Source: Octopus sinensis
Lineage: Eukaryota
NCBI RefSeq assembly: GCF_006345805.1
Contig: NC_043023.1
Span: forward strand, 20,584,001 to 20,648,000
Length of the DNA: 64,000 nt
Reading direction: 5' to 3'
The notes under the pieces are model-generated. The model saw only the letters and a list, made by a program, of their open reading frames with translations. It was not told the origin of the DNA and did not search any database. How positions within the stretch are numbered: position 1 is the stretch's first letter; each line of letters begins with the position of its first letter. Positions 37,421-51,207 of this stretch are shown here, in pieces. The position numbers were made by a program, and so were the translations under genes.

Positions 37421-37778
37421 ACCGTTGGCGATTTTTTTTTTCTCTGTCTTCCCTTCTCTGGATCTTTCCTTCTCCTATGTTTCCGACGAAGAGCTCCGCT
37501 CGAAACGTTAGACCCTCCTTCTTTCCTGAGCATCCAATAATACTATATTTGTTCCACGTCCTCGTGTTGTGTTTTTTTTTTGTGCTTTCTTGTTTGGATT
37601 AACTTTATATATATATGCACAAAATAAAACACAACAACGCGAGGACGTGGAACAAATATAATATTATTGGATGCTCAGGAAAGAAGGAGGGTCTAACGTT
37701 TCGAGCGGAGCTCTTTGTCGGAAACATAGAAGGAAAGATCCAGAGAAGGGAAGACAGAGGAAAAAAATTGCCAACGGT
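37421..37778. repeat. inverted pair of Penelope pLTR-like segments (arms about 165 bp, spacer 31 nt)
   Basis: Arms 37421-37585 and 37617-37778 are reverse complements, each carrying the hammerhead-like motif. Confidence 0.85.
37479..37513 (+). ncRNA. minimal hammerhead-like motif, CCGACGA core
   Basis: GTTT-CCGACGA-A-GAGC-TCC-GCTC-GAAA-CG-T-T-AGAC; inverted copy at 37691-37725 has G8 changed to A. Confidence 0.62.
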
Positions 37779-38980
37779 ACACACGCGGTCACACACATGC
37801 AGGTGCTACATAAAAAGTACTCCTGCTGGTGACATGTAACTCAGTAAAGTAAGTGTTGGCGTTAGGAAGGGCATCCAGCCATAGAAACCATGCCAAATCA
37901 GACTGGAGCCTGGTTCAGTTCGCCAGTTCTTCATCAAACTGTCCCAACCTCACCAGCATGGAAAGAAAACAGATGTTAAATGATGATGTATATAGTTTAT
38001 ATATATCCAGTGTGTGTGTGTGTATACATATATATATATATATATATATATTTGTTTCAGTGACTGCGGCCCACCTTTAGTTGAACAAATCAACCCCAGG
38101 ACTTATTCTTTGTAAGCCTAGTACTTTATTAGCCTCTTTTGCTGTACCACTAAGTTACGGGGGATGTAAACACACCAACATCAGTTGTCAAGCGATAGTG
38201 TGGGGGACAAACACACACATGTACGACAAGCTTCTTTCCAAGTGCCATGCAGTGGGACTGAACCCAGAACCATGTGGTTGGGAAGCAAGTTTCTTACCAC
38301 TTGTGTGTGTTTAAGGCTATATCCATCTATATACTGATACTTATCCATCTGTCACTATTCCTGTCTATACATACATTAGACAAGTCTCTCATGAGTATAC
38401 ACCTGTTTTGAAGCCATCACACCCTCTTCTTTACAGCCATTATATACTTTTCTATACAGCCATTATACACTCTTATGTACAATCATTATGCACTCAGTGT
38501 AGTCGCCTATATATTGCATCCCAGCATACAGTCATCAATACAGCTATGCTTTCATCAATATACATGTATCAGTCAAGTCATACATGCATATTCACCGATC
38601 AATAGAGCTATTCATCATCGTTTAACGTCCGCTTTCCATGCTAGCATGGGTTGGACGATTTGACTGAGGGCTGGCGAACCAGATGGCTGCACCAGGATCC
38701 AATCTTGATCTGGCAGAGTTTCTACAGCTGGATGCCCTTCCTAACGCCAACCACTCCGAGAGGGTAGTGGGTGCTTTTTACGTGCCACCGGCATGGGGGC
38801 CGGTCGGGCGGTACTGGCAACGACCTCACTCGAATCCTTTTGCACAGGTGCCAGTAAGGTGACTTTGGTAACGATCACGCTCGAATGGTGCCCTTTTACG
38901 TGCCACTGGCACAGAAGCCAGTTGGCTGCTCTGGCACACACTTGGATGGTACTCTATTATATATATATATATATATATGT

Positions 38981-39278
38981 GGAGGCGCAATGGCCCAGTG
39001 GTTAGGGCAGTGGACTTGTGGTTGTAGAATCGCGGTTTCGATTCCCAGACCGGGCGTTGTGAGTGTTTATTGAGCAAAAACACCTAAAGCTCCACGAAGC
39101 TCTGGCAGGGGGTGGTGGCGATCCCTGCTGTATTCTTTTGCCACAACTTTCTCTCTTTCTTCTGTTGGCCTGCTCACTTAGCCAGTGGGGTGGCGTCATT
39201 TGAAGGCTAAACCAATGCGAAGCGCATTGTGACCAGCGATGTGTAGCAACATCTAATAGCCTGGACGGTCATGGTGAT
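38981..39278 (+). mobile_element. SINE family C
   Basis: Same consensus. Confidence 0.88.
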
Positions 39279-39584
39279 ATATATATATATATATATATAT
39301 ATAAGGAAATAGTTTTATTCTCAAATGCAGGATAATGCTAATAATATAGCATGAACAGGATGAATTATCCATATTTTGCAGAAAAATCTGTCAGCAGTCA
39401 GCCATGAGATTTGAACTCAAGTCCCTGTGATTACGTGTCAAGTGCTTTACCATTTCTTCTGCTGTTTTAGGATATATAAATCTAGCTTTATATATAGTGT
39501 CATACACACAAATATACTCAGGAGTACATTGATCATATACTCCTCCTTATAGTCATCATGCAACTATGTACGATGGGGTTGTTT

Positions 39585-39786
39585 GCTTAAAAGTTCCTAG
39601 CTTTAAGGGCTTCACGAAAGGATTGGTTGGTGGCCCAACCTTCAGAGTTTTTTTACAGGGCTTAGAAAACCTGAAGGACTGCTGCCATAAGTGATCTGAG
39701 AGGGGAATATGTAAAATAAAATCGTAATTAACTGATCCTTCTGTATTTTCTCTCCCCCAAAGGCATAAATTTTTCAACAGCCCCTC
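39585..39786 (-). mobile_element. mariner-type MITE
   Basis: Reverse copy of the same family. Confidence 0.75.
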
Positions 39787-40944
39787 ATGTATGTATATAT
39801 ATATATATATAATATATATATATAAAACATTATTGGTGAATTGAAGAAATTCACAATAATGTGAATTATTTCTTCATTCACCATAATGTTTTAATTTCAA
39901 TTATCCGCACCAACGCACGGTTGCACGCCAGATGTTGTACCTCCAACGTGAGTTACTGCTGTGATTTTTGCTACTAAGGTATCGGTTACTTTTGATAATC
40001 TACAACAAGATTATCATCTTTTATTTCAATATATATATTATATATATATATAATACGCACACACACACAAGGGGGGGTACTGAAAAGTTCTTGGTTTTAA
40101 GGGTATTATGAAAGGCCTGGTTGGAGGCCCAACCTTCTGAGTTCTTTTACAGGGCTTAGAAAAACTGAAGGACCACTGCAATAAGCGTATGAATTTGAGA
40201 GGGGAATATGTTGAATGAAATCATAGTTAACTGATCCTTCTGTATTTCAGTACTCTCTCATTTGTAGTTATATAGGGTCACATAACATTTGTGTCCACAT
40301 CCGTATATGTCTTTTCATTCATATCTTTATGTATAGCCACAATTGTTAGCCCGAAAGAGATGTCCCCCGAGAAGCACATTTTGGATTTCTACTGGGGTAG
40401 AAGTGCTGCTGCATTTCCAGAAAGTTGATTTTAAAGGGTGTTAAATGTTGTATAATGTACTGAATACCTGAAGGTGGGTGTTTATATGTACACTGATATT
40501 GATCTATTGATGGATAAACGAAAACCGTTCTTTAAAAATCACTACAATTGTTTTGACACATTTTTACACCCATAGTATATTTGTGAGAGGTTGTGTAATC
40601 ATTATTATCCAGCCAAAGTGTGAAATGCTCCTCCTCAGGTGGTTTGCTTAAACTGGCCATACCCAACCAAAATATTCTACCTGCTTTGTCTTCAAACTGG
40701 TCAGATATGGTCTTTCATAAGCTACCTTACAGGGTCATTTTAAAAATAAACAATCATTGAAATACGTAAGCTTTACATCTGCAAGAATATTCTGAAAGTA
40801 CTCTCTCTTTCTCAGAAACTTTCTTGGCTGACCCAAACCCTCTATACTTCTCTCTACTTTCACCTTACCTTTCTCTCATGTATTTGTCTCTTCTCTGTGT
40901 GTAAATATATTGTGCTTGTTTATTTATATATATGTATATGTATA

Positions 40945-41550
40945 ACTTAGAATAACTTAGAAAGGTTTTGGCCAGTATTGGCCCAGGCCATGTCTAACTT
41001 AATAGCACCACCTGGCGAAGTCTTTCAATTCAGGATTTGGGCACTGAGGCCCATTCGAGCAGAGAGTTATTGTTTGCGGAGACATATCCGGGTGTGGGTG
41101 GTTTTTCCGGGACTGTTTGAAGGAATTTGTCCAAAGACTTCTTGAATTTTGTGTGGTCAGTTTCTTTTTTGACGTGTCCTGGTGTAATGTTGAAGAGAGC
41201 GGGTCCAATTGAGGTGAAATAGTTGTGCCGTATTGTCGTTATGTGGTGCGATTTAGATTTTTGTTGTGGACGGATGGCACGTGGTCCAAGCCTTGGATGT
41301 ATTTTGAAGGTGATGCCAACATCATTCGGACAGTGCTGATGGAATATTTTCCACATCATACAGATAATGTAGCGTTCACGGCGTCGTTGGAGTGAATACA
41401 GTTTCAGCTTCTCTAGTCTACCCCAGTAGTCAAGGTCTGACATGCCATCTATCTTTTTTGTGATTGACCTTTGGAGCTTCAATTCTCATAATATTTTGTT
41501 TTGTGTAGGGAGACCACAGTGGACAGCAGTATTCAAGGTGGGGTCGGGCA
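40945..41550 (-). mobile_element. CR1-group LINE 3' fragment
   Basis: LEYCCPLWSP...QRSITKKI...RLEKLKLYSLQRRRER...FKKSLDKFL. Confidence 0.85.
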
Positions 41551-41633
41551 GCAGTATATGTATATAAGAATTTTTTGCGTAATCAGATAAAAAAACCAAG
41601 GCTGTGTAGATATTAGAGCATTTATAGATAGAA

Positions 41634-41686
41634 GGCCTTACAGCTGTTTCTAGGATATTTGTTAATGATATCCCTTCATCGGAGAC
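41634..41686 (-). ncRNA. hammerhead-like motif, CCGATGA core
   Basis: GTCT-CCGATGA-A-GGGATAT-loop-ATATCCT-A-GAAA-CAGCTG-T-A-AGGC. Confidence 0.65.
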
Positions 41687-41939
41687 GGTGTGAGAGGATG
41701 GTTAAGTCATAGTTAGTTTAGATATGTATGTATATATATATATATATATATAATATATATAAGGTGTAATATTGTTGTGTGGTAAGAAGCTTGCTTCCGG
41801 ATCACATGGTTCCGGGTTCAATCCTATTGTATGGCACCTTGGCCAAGTGTCTTCTATAACCTCGGGCCAACCAAACCCTTGTGAGTGGATTTGGTAGACG
41901 GAAACTGAAGAGCCTGTCGTGTGTGTGTATATATAAACT

Positions 41940-42032
41940 TTTTATCAATATATATATATATTAAAATATATATTACAAAAAAAAACCCTATATATATATT
42001 AAAATATGTATTATGAAAAATTCATATATGTA

Positions 42033-42064
<32 letters not shown>

Positions 42065-42711
42065 CATACACTTTATTTAAAGCAGCAGAAAATTCAACAA
42101 AACCTGTTACTCTGAGTTTCACGTTGAATTTTCTGCTGCTTTAAATAATGCATATTACTCTACCACTGGTATTTGAGTACTCTTTTTTCCACCTTGTTTC
42201 ACATTTATGTGTTTACTCCGGTATATATATATATATATACATATCAAAATACACACACACATATATATACACGTATTAAAATATGCTATATATATATATA
42301 AAATATGTATTAAAATATGCATATATATATATTAAAATATGCATATATATATATATATATAAATATATGTATTAAAATATGCATATATATATATATATAT
42401 ACACAAATATATATATATATTAAAATATACATATATATATATATATTAAAATATGCATATATATATATATATATATACTATATATATATAAAAATATGCA
42501 TATATATATATATAAAAATATGCATATAATATATATTAAAATATGCATATATATACATATATATATATATATTAAAATATGCATATATATATATATTAAA
42601 ATATGCATATATATACATATATATATATATATTAAAATATGCATATATATATATATTAAAATATGCATATATATATACATAATATATATATATATTAAAA
42701 TATGTAAATAT

Positions 42712-42792
<81 letters not shown>

Positions 42793-43330
42793 TACACACA
42801 CACATATATATTAAAATTACCTATATAGGTCTATATTAAAATATATGTGATAATTGTGTATATTATATTAAAAACAAAATACGCGCAGGAGTCAATTCGT
42901 TCGACTAAAAAAGGTTCAAGGTGGTGCGTAAGCTACTAATACTTGTCCACATACACACCTATGTGTGTGTGTACACATATATAAGCTATAAAGCATTTCT
43001 ATATACGTGTAGGGCATACTATATAAAAACCAGTGTTATATATTTTGATATATATATATAATTGTGTGTAGAAGTATGTATGTACATACACACACACAGG
43101 TCTCTCTCTTTATATATACATACATATATATATATATATATATACACACAAATATACGTGTGTGTATATATATATACACACACAAATATACGTGTGTATA
43201 TATATATATATACACACAAATATACGTGTGTATATATATATACACACATATATACGTGTGTGTATATATATATACACACACAATATACGTGTGTGTATCT
43301 ACATAAACATACATAAATACACTCATTCAT
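41940..43330. repeat. compound TA-rich microsatellite with ATTAAAATATGCAT higher-order units
   Basis: Direct reading. Confidence 0.9.
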
Positions 43331-43624
43331 TCAACGACCTATTTTATTTTCCAGGTACTCTTGGGAAAGATTAATTGGTTTTCTGTTTGGAATTTTAATA
43401 ATTAAATTAAGAGTTGCACATGTGTGTGTCTGTGTGCGTTTGTTATTTTATCCTAGGCGGGTCCCTGATCCAGTAGACTTGTTAAGATCGTGGCCATCCC
43501 GTTTTATTCTAAATATTTTTTGATACAATTCTAGAATTTTATTATCCAACGAGGCTAACAAATCCATTTTAAGGCGATTAGGTTGATACATTTCAGTAGG
43601 CCAAACTATCGTTTCGGCCTACCT

Positions 43625-43669
43625 TATCTCTATCTATCCATCTACCTACCTATCTATCCATCTACCTAC

Positions 43670-43706
<37 letters not shown>

Positions 43707-43717
43707 CATCTATCTAC

Positions 43718-43789
<72 letters not shown>

Positions 43790-43920
43790 TCATCCATCTA
43801 TCTATCTATCTATCTATCTACCTACCCACCCATCTATCCATCCATCTACCTATCTATCTATCTATCTATCTATCTACCTACCTATCTATCCATCCATCTA
43901 TCTACCTACTATCTATCTAT
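43625..43920. repeat. (TATC)n/(TACC)n/(TCCA)n microsatellite without a LINE insert
   Basis: Direct reading. Confidence 0.93.
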
Positions 43921-43923
43921 TCT

Positions 43924-43961
<38 letters not shown>

Positions 43962-44864
43962 ATATATATATAATCTCATGCGTGTGTATATTATGTTTTA
44001 TGGGAAGGCAGGTCTTGTGGTTGTCTATTCAATGTTCGGCAGTTTTTTCTAAAGGGAGGCCAGGGTTGGAATGATCTGCAAATAAAATGAAATTGAAAAA
44101 AAAAAAAAATTCGGAATTTGATATATGAAATAATATATACTCATATAATAATTTATATATGTGTGTGTGTGTGTGGGTTGTAGATTCATTTTGTGTGGGT
44201 GCGGGGCCTGTGTTCATTATCCAGGATATGTTGTTTTTGTATGTGTGTATATATATATATATATATAATATATATGTGTGTGTGTGTATAATGTTCTCTA
44301 ATATGGCCGACATTCAGTTATCTCTCTCTCTCACACATATATATATATATATTTATATTATATATATGTGTAGCTCATTTCTTCTAATATATATATACAC
44401 TCATATATATATATATATTGTTTTTCTATGTTGGATTATAAAACACTATTCTCATTGAAGAATGATATGTACGCACGCTTTTGTATATTCGTGTAACGCC
44501 AAGAGAGACTTGGCACATCAAGGATGTCTTCTTCTGACTCTAACATGGCCGACATTTCTCTCCCGTCTCTCTACATGTGTGTGTGTGTGTGTGTATATAT
44601 AGGTGTGTGTGTGTGTCTTTGTTGCTCAAAGGCCATTTACATCGTCGGTCGATGGATTATCCCGAGTGTTTCGTGCTTGTTTAAGCCCAATCTTATCCCC
44701 ATCGCTCATCACCTGTCTTTGTGTATGGACAAATAATGTGTCAACGCACAAAATTCCGTTCTTGGCTCCTAACTTCTGCGATTAATAAACTTATGTTTAC
44801 GAGTTCCATGTTCCTGTTTGCGTCAACAACCACACCTCTCTCTCTCATTATATATATATATGTG

Positions 44865-44902
<38 letters not shown>

Positions 44903-45270
44903 TGTGTGTGTAAAGGTAGGATAGCAGTTACGGGTTTTGTAAATTGCGGTCAGCGACACTATTTGTTCACAAAAGCATGTGAAATCAACAGAATAATACT
45001 GTGTACTAAATTTATTGTATGCATATTTGTTGCTTGTATACACACACACATATATATATATATACACACACACTTAGTCATAAACGAAGTGCTTTCAACA
45101 AGAAGCTCTCTTTTTTCATTTACTTGCCAAACGGATGTCTCTCGCTTGCTTCGATCAAATGTCTATATATATATATATATTATATATATATATATAATAT
45201 ATATATATATATCATGTACATGTCCCCACTTATTTAGCTGTCTATCTATATCTATGTATATATATATATC

Positions 45271-45317
<47 letters not shown>

Positions 45318-46443
45318 CCACGTATATACAACACATACATAAAACGAGATGTCTCGGGTGCTTCGATCAAATGTCTATATATATATATATATATCATGTA
45401 TCCACTTATTTAGCTGTCTATCTATCTATATCTATGTATATATATATATACATACATAGATATAGATAGATAGACAGCTAAATAAGTGGATACATGATAT
45501 ATATATTATATATATATATATATAGACATTTGATCGAAGCAAGCGGCAAGTAAATATATATACACACACACGTATATACACACATACATAAAATGCTTTG
45601 ATTGAATATCTCTTTCTGTTTATTATTCCAAGATAGCCAAAGCCATCTCCCTTCGATCAAACGTCGAAAGACAGATGTGTACATCTACCTACCTACCTGT
45701 ATGTGTATATATGCCTATACGGCGATCTTTCGTCTCTAGTAGACCTTTCCGTCGATTTCCGTAAAAAAAATTTTTTAGATTGCCATATATACATATATAT
45801 ATGTGTGTGTGTGTGTGTGTATATTTATATAGATATATGTATGTGTGTGTGTGTATAATGGGGAAATGTATGAAAGCCTCAGCGTACCATGACTACGGAG
45901 CCCTTCCCAACTATCCATCCAAACAATAGTTCACATTTCAAAAAGCCTTGTTTGTTTGCCAGTACCACCTCCTCCTCCCCCCTCTCTCTATCTCTCTCTC
46001 TCTTTCTCTATCCTTCTCTACCCACCTCCTCCTTCTCCTCCTCCTCCTCTTCGTCGTTGTTTAGAAAATGACTAATATTGTTACTTCCGCTCCAGATGCA
46101 TTCTGGTCTAGCTTATTGAGCCACAGCTCGCGCAGCTTCTTGTCCGTCTGTCTGTCTATCTGTCTGTGTGTGTGTGTGTCTGTCGTCGTCGTTCTGTCCG
46201 TCAGCGCTCGGTGGGATTCGAAACCGAGATCTCCAGACCCGTCTCCTTCCTCCCCCCTCTTCTTCCCGTCTGCAATTCGTGGACGGGAAGAAGTCGTGTC
46301 TTGATTTGTAAATAAATAATTATAATAATAATAAACAACACGTTGCATTAAAGAGGGAAAGATTGGATCGCTCCAGAAAACCATCTTTGCAGAGTCGCTT
46401 TCATATATTCTCTCTCTCTCTCCTATCACGTACGCACTCACAC

Positions 46444-46476
<33 letters not shown>

Positions 46477-47142
46477 CCTCTCTCTCTCTCTCCCCTATCT
46501 ATACGCACGCACTCGTACATCTATCTATCTATCTTCCTCTCTCTCTCTCCTATCTATACGCACATCTATCTATCTCTTTGTCTCTCTCTCCCTCTCCTAT
46601 CTATCTATCTCTTTGTCTCTATCTCTCCCTCTCTCCCCTATCTATACGCACGCACTCGTACATCTATCTATCTATCTTCCTCTCTCTCTCTATATATATT
46701 ATAAGCATTAATTAAAATACTTCGATATCTTAAGATAAAAACTTGAAAGCCATTATCTGTCTTTTCCTTGTAGAAATATCTTTGTCGCGCCCACTTTTAT
46801 CTCTCTATCACTCACTCTCTCTTCTCCACCTGTCTATCTATAATCACTTCTCTCTCTCTCTCCTATTTACCTGGCTATCCTCGCATAACCAAGCGTATTT
46901 TGGACTTCTCATTAGTACCACCATCTCCACCACATTGAGAAATTTTGAGAGAGAGAGAAATATTTTTCGGCTAAAGAGCCTCCCACCCCTTATTAAAAGC
47001 AGGGCGGATGATTTAATGTCGGGGTATAATAGTAAATCCCTTTTTTTTTTCCGAAGGAAGAAGAGGTGTTAAGAAATCGGAGCCAGGTTAATCATGAGTT
47101 GGCATACTCGCAGTCCAACTATGACCACCCCACTCTATATCT

Positions 47143-47500
47143 TACTCTTTTACTTGTTTCAGTCATTTGACTGCGGCCATGCTGGAGCACCGCCTCTAGT
47201 CGAGCAAATCGACCCCAGGACTTATTCTTTGTAAGCCTAGTACTTATTCTATCGGTCTCTTTTGCCGAACCGCTGAGTTACGGGGACGTAAACACACCAG
47301 CATCGGTTGTTAAGCGCTGTTGGGGAGACAAACACAGACACACATACACATATATACGACGGGCTTCTTTCAGTTTCCGTCTACCAAATTCACTCACAAG
47401 GCTTTGGTCGGCCCAAGGCTATAGTAAAAGACACTTGCGCAGTGGGACTGAACCCGGAACCATGTGGTTGGTAAGCAAGCTACTTACCACAAAGCCACTC
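47143..47500 (-). mobile_element. SINE family B
   Basis: Full consensus. Confidence 0.88.
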
Positions 47501-47777
47501 CTACATTTTGTTGACGTTACATCCGGGATTGTCATTTAGATATATATGCCCTTCAAATTTGGAACAAACAGTATGTGTGTTGTGGGAGTGGAGGGAAATC
47601 AGCTGCCCTTTCCAACCTGCGAAACAACCCCGTAAATGTCCCCGTGTTACATCAGTTCACCTGATGTATTGTGTGTGTGTGTGTTGTACATTACAACATG
47701 TAGCAAGAACGAAGCGAGCGGTACGTGACTGATTGCTCGAACAGAACCAGTTAATGAAGTGCCTATATATGTATGAA

Positions 47778-48123
47778 CTAGCAGTATCGCCCGGCGTTGC
47801 TTGGGTTTGTAAGGGAAATAACTATAAAGCATTTTTAGAGAGTTATAGCCAAAAAATAGCAAAAAAAATGGTAAATTTTTTTTTTAGAGTTAAAAAGGTC
47901 GAGTTGCGTCCCTATGACAGTCTGTGGTTTGTGTTTCTGATTCTCGACCCCATGTCGAATTTATCGATTTTTTTCAGAACTGGGGGGACTTTTCAAAATT
48001 TTCGCTGCGTTAGTTTTGAATTATGACATTGGGCTATGTGTGTGTCAAGTTTCATCAGAATCGGTTGAAAGCCGTGGTCAGGGTGAGGGTACAACCTGAC
48101 AGACAAACTGCCGTTTATATAGA
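47778..48123 (+). mobile_element. Helitron-like element, body type 2
   Basis: Same termini, different interior. Confidence 0.62.
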
Positions 48124-48944
48124 GAGAGAGATGTGTGTGTGTGTGTTATCAAGTGAATGACTTTTTAACTAGAGAACCTCTAAGTGGTTTTTCAGTGTTG
48201 GTGTTTTAAAGAAGTTTATAAATATTACAATATTAGTCAACGAATGTTTTTTAAATCTAGCCTACCCTGCTTTATCTGTCCGTCTGCCAATTATATTTGT
48301 AACAGGTTAGATGAGTGGATAGGCTCCAGGAGACCTATGACTCAAGACGTTCCAGCTGTGACTGTCCAGTCTTTTATTCAGACATAGTGTATCAAGGACT
48401 ACATTGTCTAATGTATAGTATAGTAGTAGTTTTTGTTGTCTTTTAGCCCCACGTCAGTCCTGACCCACACAGACCTATGATCAAAAACGTTCCAACTGTG
48501 ACCACCCCATCTTTTATTAAGGCATAGTGTATCTAGGACCACATTATCTAATGTACAGTATAGTCTTTAGTAATAACACCTAGAGTCACTGTTGTTGTTT
48601 AGCCCCAGGTCAGTCCTGATCCACACAGACCTATGATCAAAGACATTCCAGCTGAGACCATCCCATCTTTTATACAGGCATAGTGTATCAAGGACTACAT
48701 TATCTAATGTATAGTATAGTACTTAGTGGCTGTACATGTTGTGTCCCAGGTCAATTTTGATCCAGGCAGACCTATACTCAACGATGTTCCGGATATGGCC
48801 TTCTCTTGTTATACTCAGATAACACCTAAGAAATTGCCTAATGTATTAATTGAATGTGTGTGTGCATATATATATATATATATATGTGCATATACACACA
48901 TTGTACATGTTTATGAAACACAACTAGAACTATTTGGAGGTATC

Positions 48945-49285
48945 TACTTGTTTCAGTCATTAGACTGCAGCCATGCTGGGGCACTGCATTGCATTTTTTG
49001 CTGAATGAATTGACCCCAGCACTTATTTTTTAAGCCTGGTACTTATTCTATCGGGACCTTTTGCCGAACTGCTGAGTTATGGGGGATGTAAACACACCAA
49101 CACTGGTTGCCAAGCGGTAATGGGGGAGACAAACACACGTACATATGTAAACATATATATGATAGGCTTCTTTCAGTTTCCGTCTACCAAATCCACTCGC
49201 AAATCTTTGGTCGGCCCGAGGCTATAGTAGAAGACACTTGCCCAAGGTGCCACGCAGTGGGACTGATCCTGGAACCATGTGGTTC
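48945..49285 (-). mobile_element. SINE family B, diverged
   Basis: Consensus with substitutions. Confidence 0.78.
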
Positions 49286-49713
49286 AATATTCTCGGTTGA
49301 ACAGAAGGTTATCAGCATCTTTCTATTGAAATTCTCGGATTTTTGAGAGACTACATGTATTTTAAATGCTAATAAACACAAGGCATGTATACTGCTACTA
49401 GTGTGTGTGTGTGTACACAGTAGTACCTCACTTTACAAGGACACCTGCTTTACAAGACCCTGGGTTTATGAGTTTTATTTTTCAGCTCACTTTTGTATGG
49501 TGAGCTGAAATTTTTGAAGCACAAGATCCAAATTCTGAATGAAGTACAAAAGTTTCTGCTACCCTAACAAATGCTTCTGCATGTTATTGACAAAAAGCTT
49601 CTTCTAAGCAAACAACTCCAAGCTGGTTTTTTAAAAAGAAATCTACAAGTCCGTCTCCAAGTTATCGTGTCTACTCTGTTGTCTTATTGCCGTTTATTTA
49701 CGAATATTATAAA

Positions 49714-50490
49714 CTAGCAGTATCGCCAGGCATTGCTCGGGCTTGTTTCGACCCTTTAGAATTGGAAGTTTTGTAAAGTAAAAATTTTGCATTATGTAGC
49801 TTGTTATTCTCTTTAAGTGAACCTTTTTCTGGTTGAAATATACCGAAAAATGGCAACACGGCTGTTAAAAAATCGTAAAAAATAGGGATTTTCATAGAAA
49901 AAAAAGCACCTTTTTGATGTAAATAATTTTTGGTGTTAACATGGTCCGATTTTAATTTTTTCTTCTACAAAATGAAGAGCAAGCCTTCTTCTATCATACT
50001 GTCAATTTTGGTCAACTTGTGCTGCAGGGTCTCAGAGGAGATAGTGTTAGTTGAAGGCTACCAAACCTGCCACACACAGACAGCTTCAGCTTTATATATA
50101 TAGACTAGCAGTATCGCCTGGCGTTGCTTGGGCTTGTTTTGACCCTTTAGAGTTGGAATTTTTGAAAAGTAAAAATTTTGCATTATGTAGCTTGTTATTC
50201 TCTTTAAGTGAACCTTTTTCTGGTTGAAATATACTGAAAAATGGCGACACGGCTGTTAAAAAATCGTAAAAAAAGGGATTTTCATAGAAAAAAAAATCAA
50301 TTTTTTGATGTAAATAATTTTTGGTGTTAACATAGTCCAATTTGAATTTTTTCTTCTACGGAAGGAAGAGCAAGCCTTCTTCTATCATACTCTCAATTTC
50401 GGTCAACTTGTGCTGCAGGGTCTCGGAGGAGATAGTGTTGGTTTGAAGGCTAACAAACCTGCCATAGACAGACAACTTCAGCTTTCATAT
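49714..50490 (+). mobile_element. two head-to-tail Helitron-like elements, body type 3
   Basis: Junction ...TATATATAGA-CTAGCAG at 50104/50105; second copy's end abuts a CR1 fragment. Confidence 0.68.
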
Positions 50491-51040
50491 TCCTACCACT
50501 CTATGTCACGCTGGTGAGACCCATATTGGAGTATGAGATTCAAGCCTCTTCTCCTTATCTCCTCAAAGACATACAGCATCTCGAAAGAGTCCAGAAGCTG
50601 GCTACCCGCATGGTTCATGGTCTCAAAAATTTGTCCTATGAAGAAAGGCTGAGGACGCTCAACCTTTATTCTCTTGAAAAACGCCGCCGCCATGGTGATC
50701 TCATTCTCGCCCACAACATCATATGCGGAAAGTGTAACCTCTCGAAAGAGCTGTTCTTCACTCCTGCTCCAGAGCGTCAGCTGCGGGGTCATTCTGAAAA
50801 GCTCTACCTGCGACGATTTCATCTTAATCGAAGGAGAGGAGCTTTCTCCGTCCAGGTTGCGGATCCGTGGAACAAGCTGCCAGACGAGATGGTGAAGATG
50901 CCGACGACCGCTTTGTTCAAAGCCTCCCTTGACCTCAAGTGGCCTGAACTCTTTACATGAACACCACCCTGTACTTAACTCCATGTCCCCCTACATGGCC
51001 TTGCTATTTGCTTTTGAGCCAAATAAACTAACTAACTAAC
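50491..51040 (+). mobile_element. CR1-clade LINE 3' fragment with (TAAC)n tail
   Basis: LVRPILEY...LERVQKLATRMV..L..LSYEERL..LNLYSLEKRR..GDLI...WNKLP. Confidence 0.88.
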
Positions 51041-51207
51041 ATATATATTTCATGGGTAAAATATTTTTCTGGGAATGAATTACGATTTATAACATTGCAA
51101 CAATGGGAAATTATTGCTCTTCTTTACGAGCTGTCTCCAGGAATAAATTAACTTGTATGTCGAGGCATTTCTGTGTACATATTTATCTATATACATATAT
51201 AAGTACA

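Noticed and set aside
43330-43365. Recursive splice site (polypyrimidine-CAG|GTACTC) in KDM5 intron 1
   Set aside because: Acceptor is plausible but the regenerated donor is weak; needs nascent RNA evidence
46205-46230. B-box-like GGTTTCGAATCCC as a tRNA gene
   Set aside because: No A box or cloverleaf
46061-46441. 126-aa minus ORF with a KLRELWLNKL similarity to TFIIA
   Set aside because: Match is only a few residues, embedded in microsatellite-derived sequence, with no splice support
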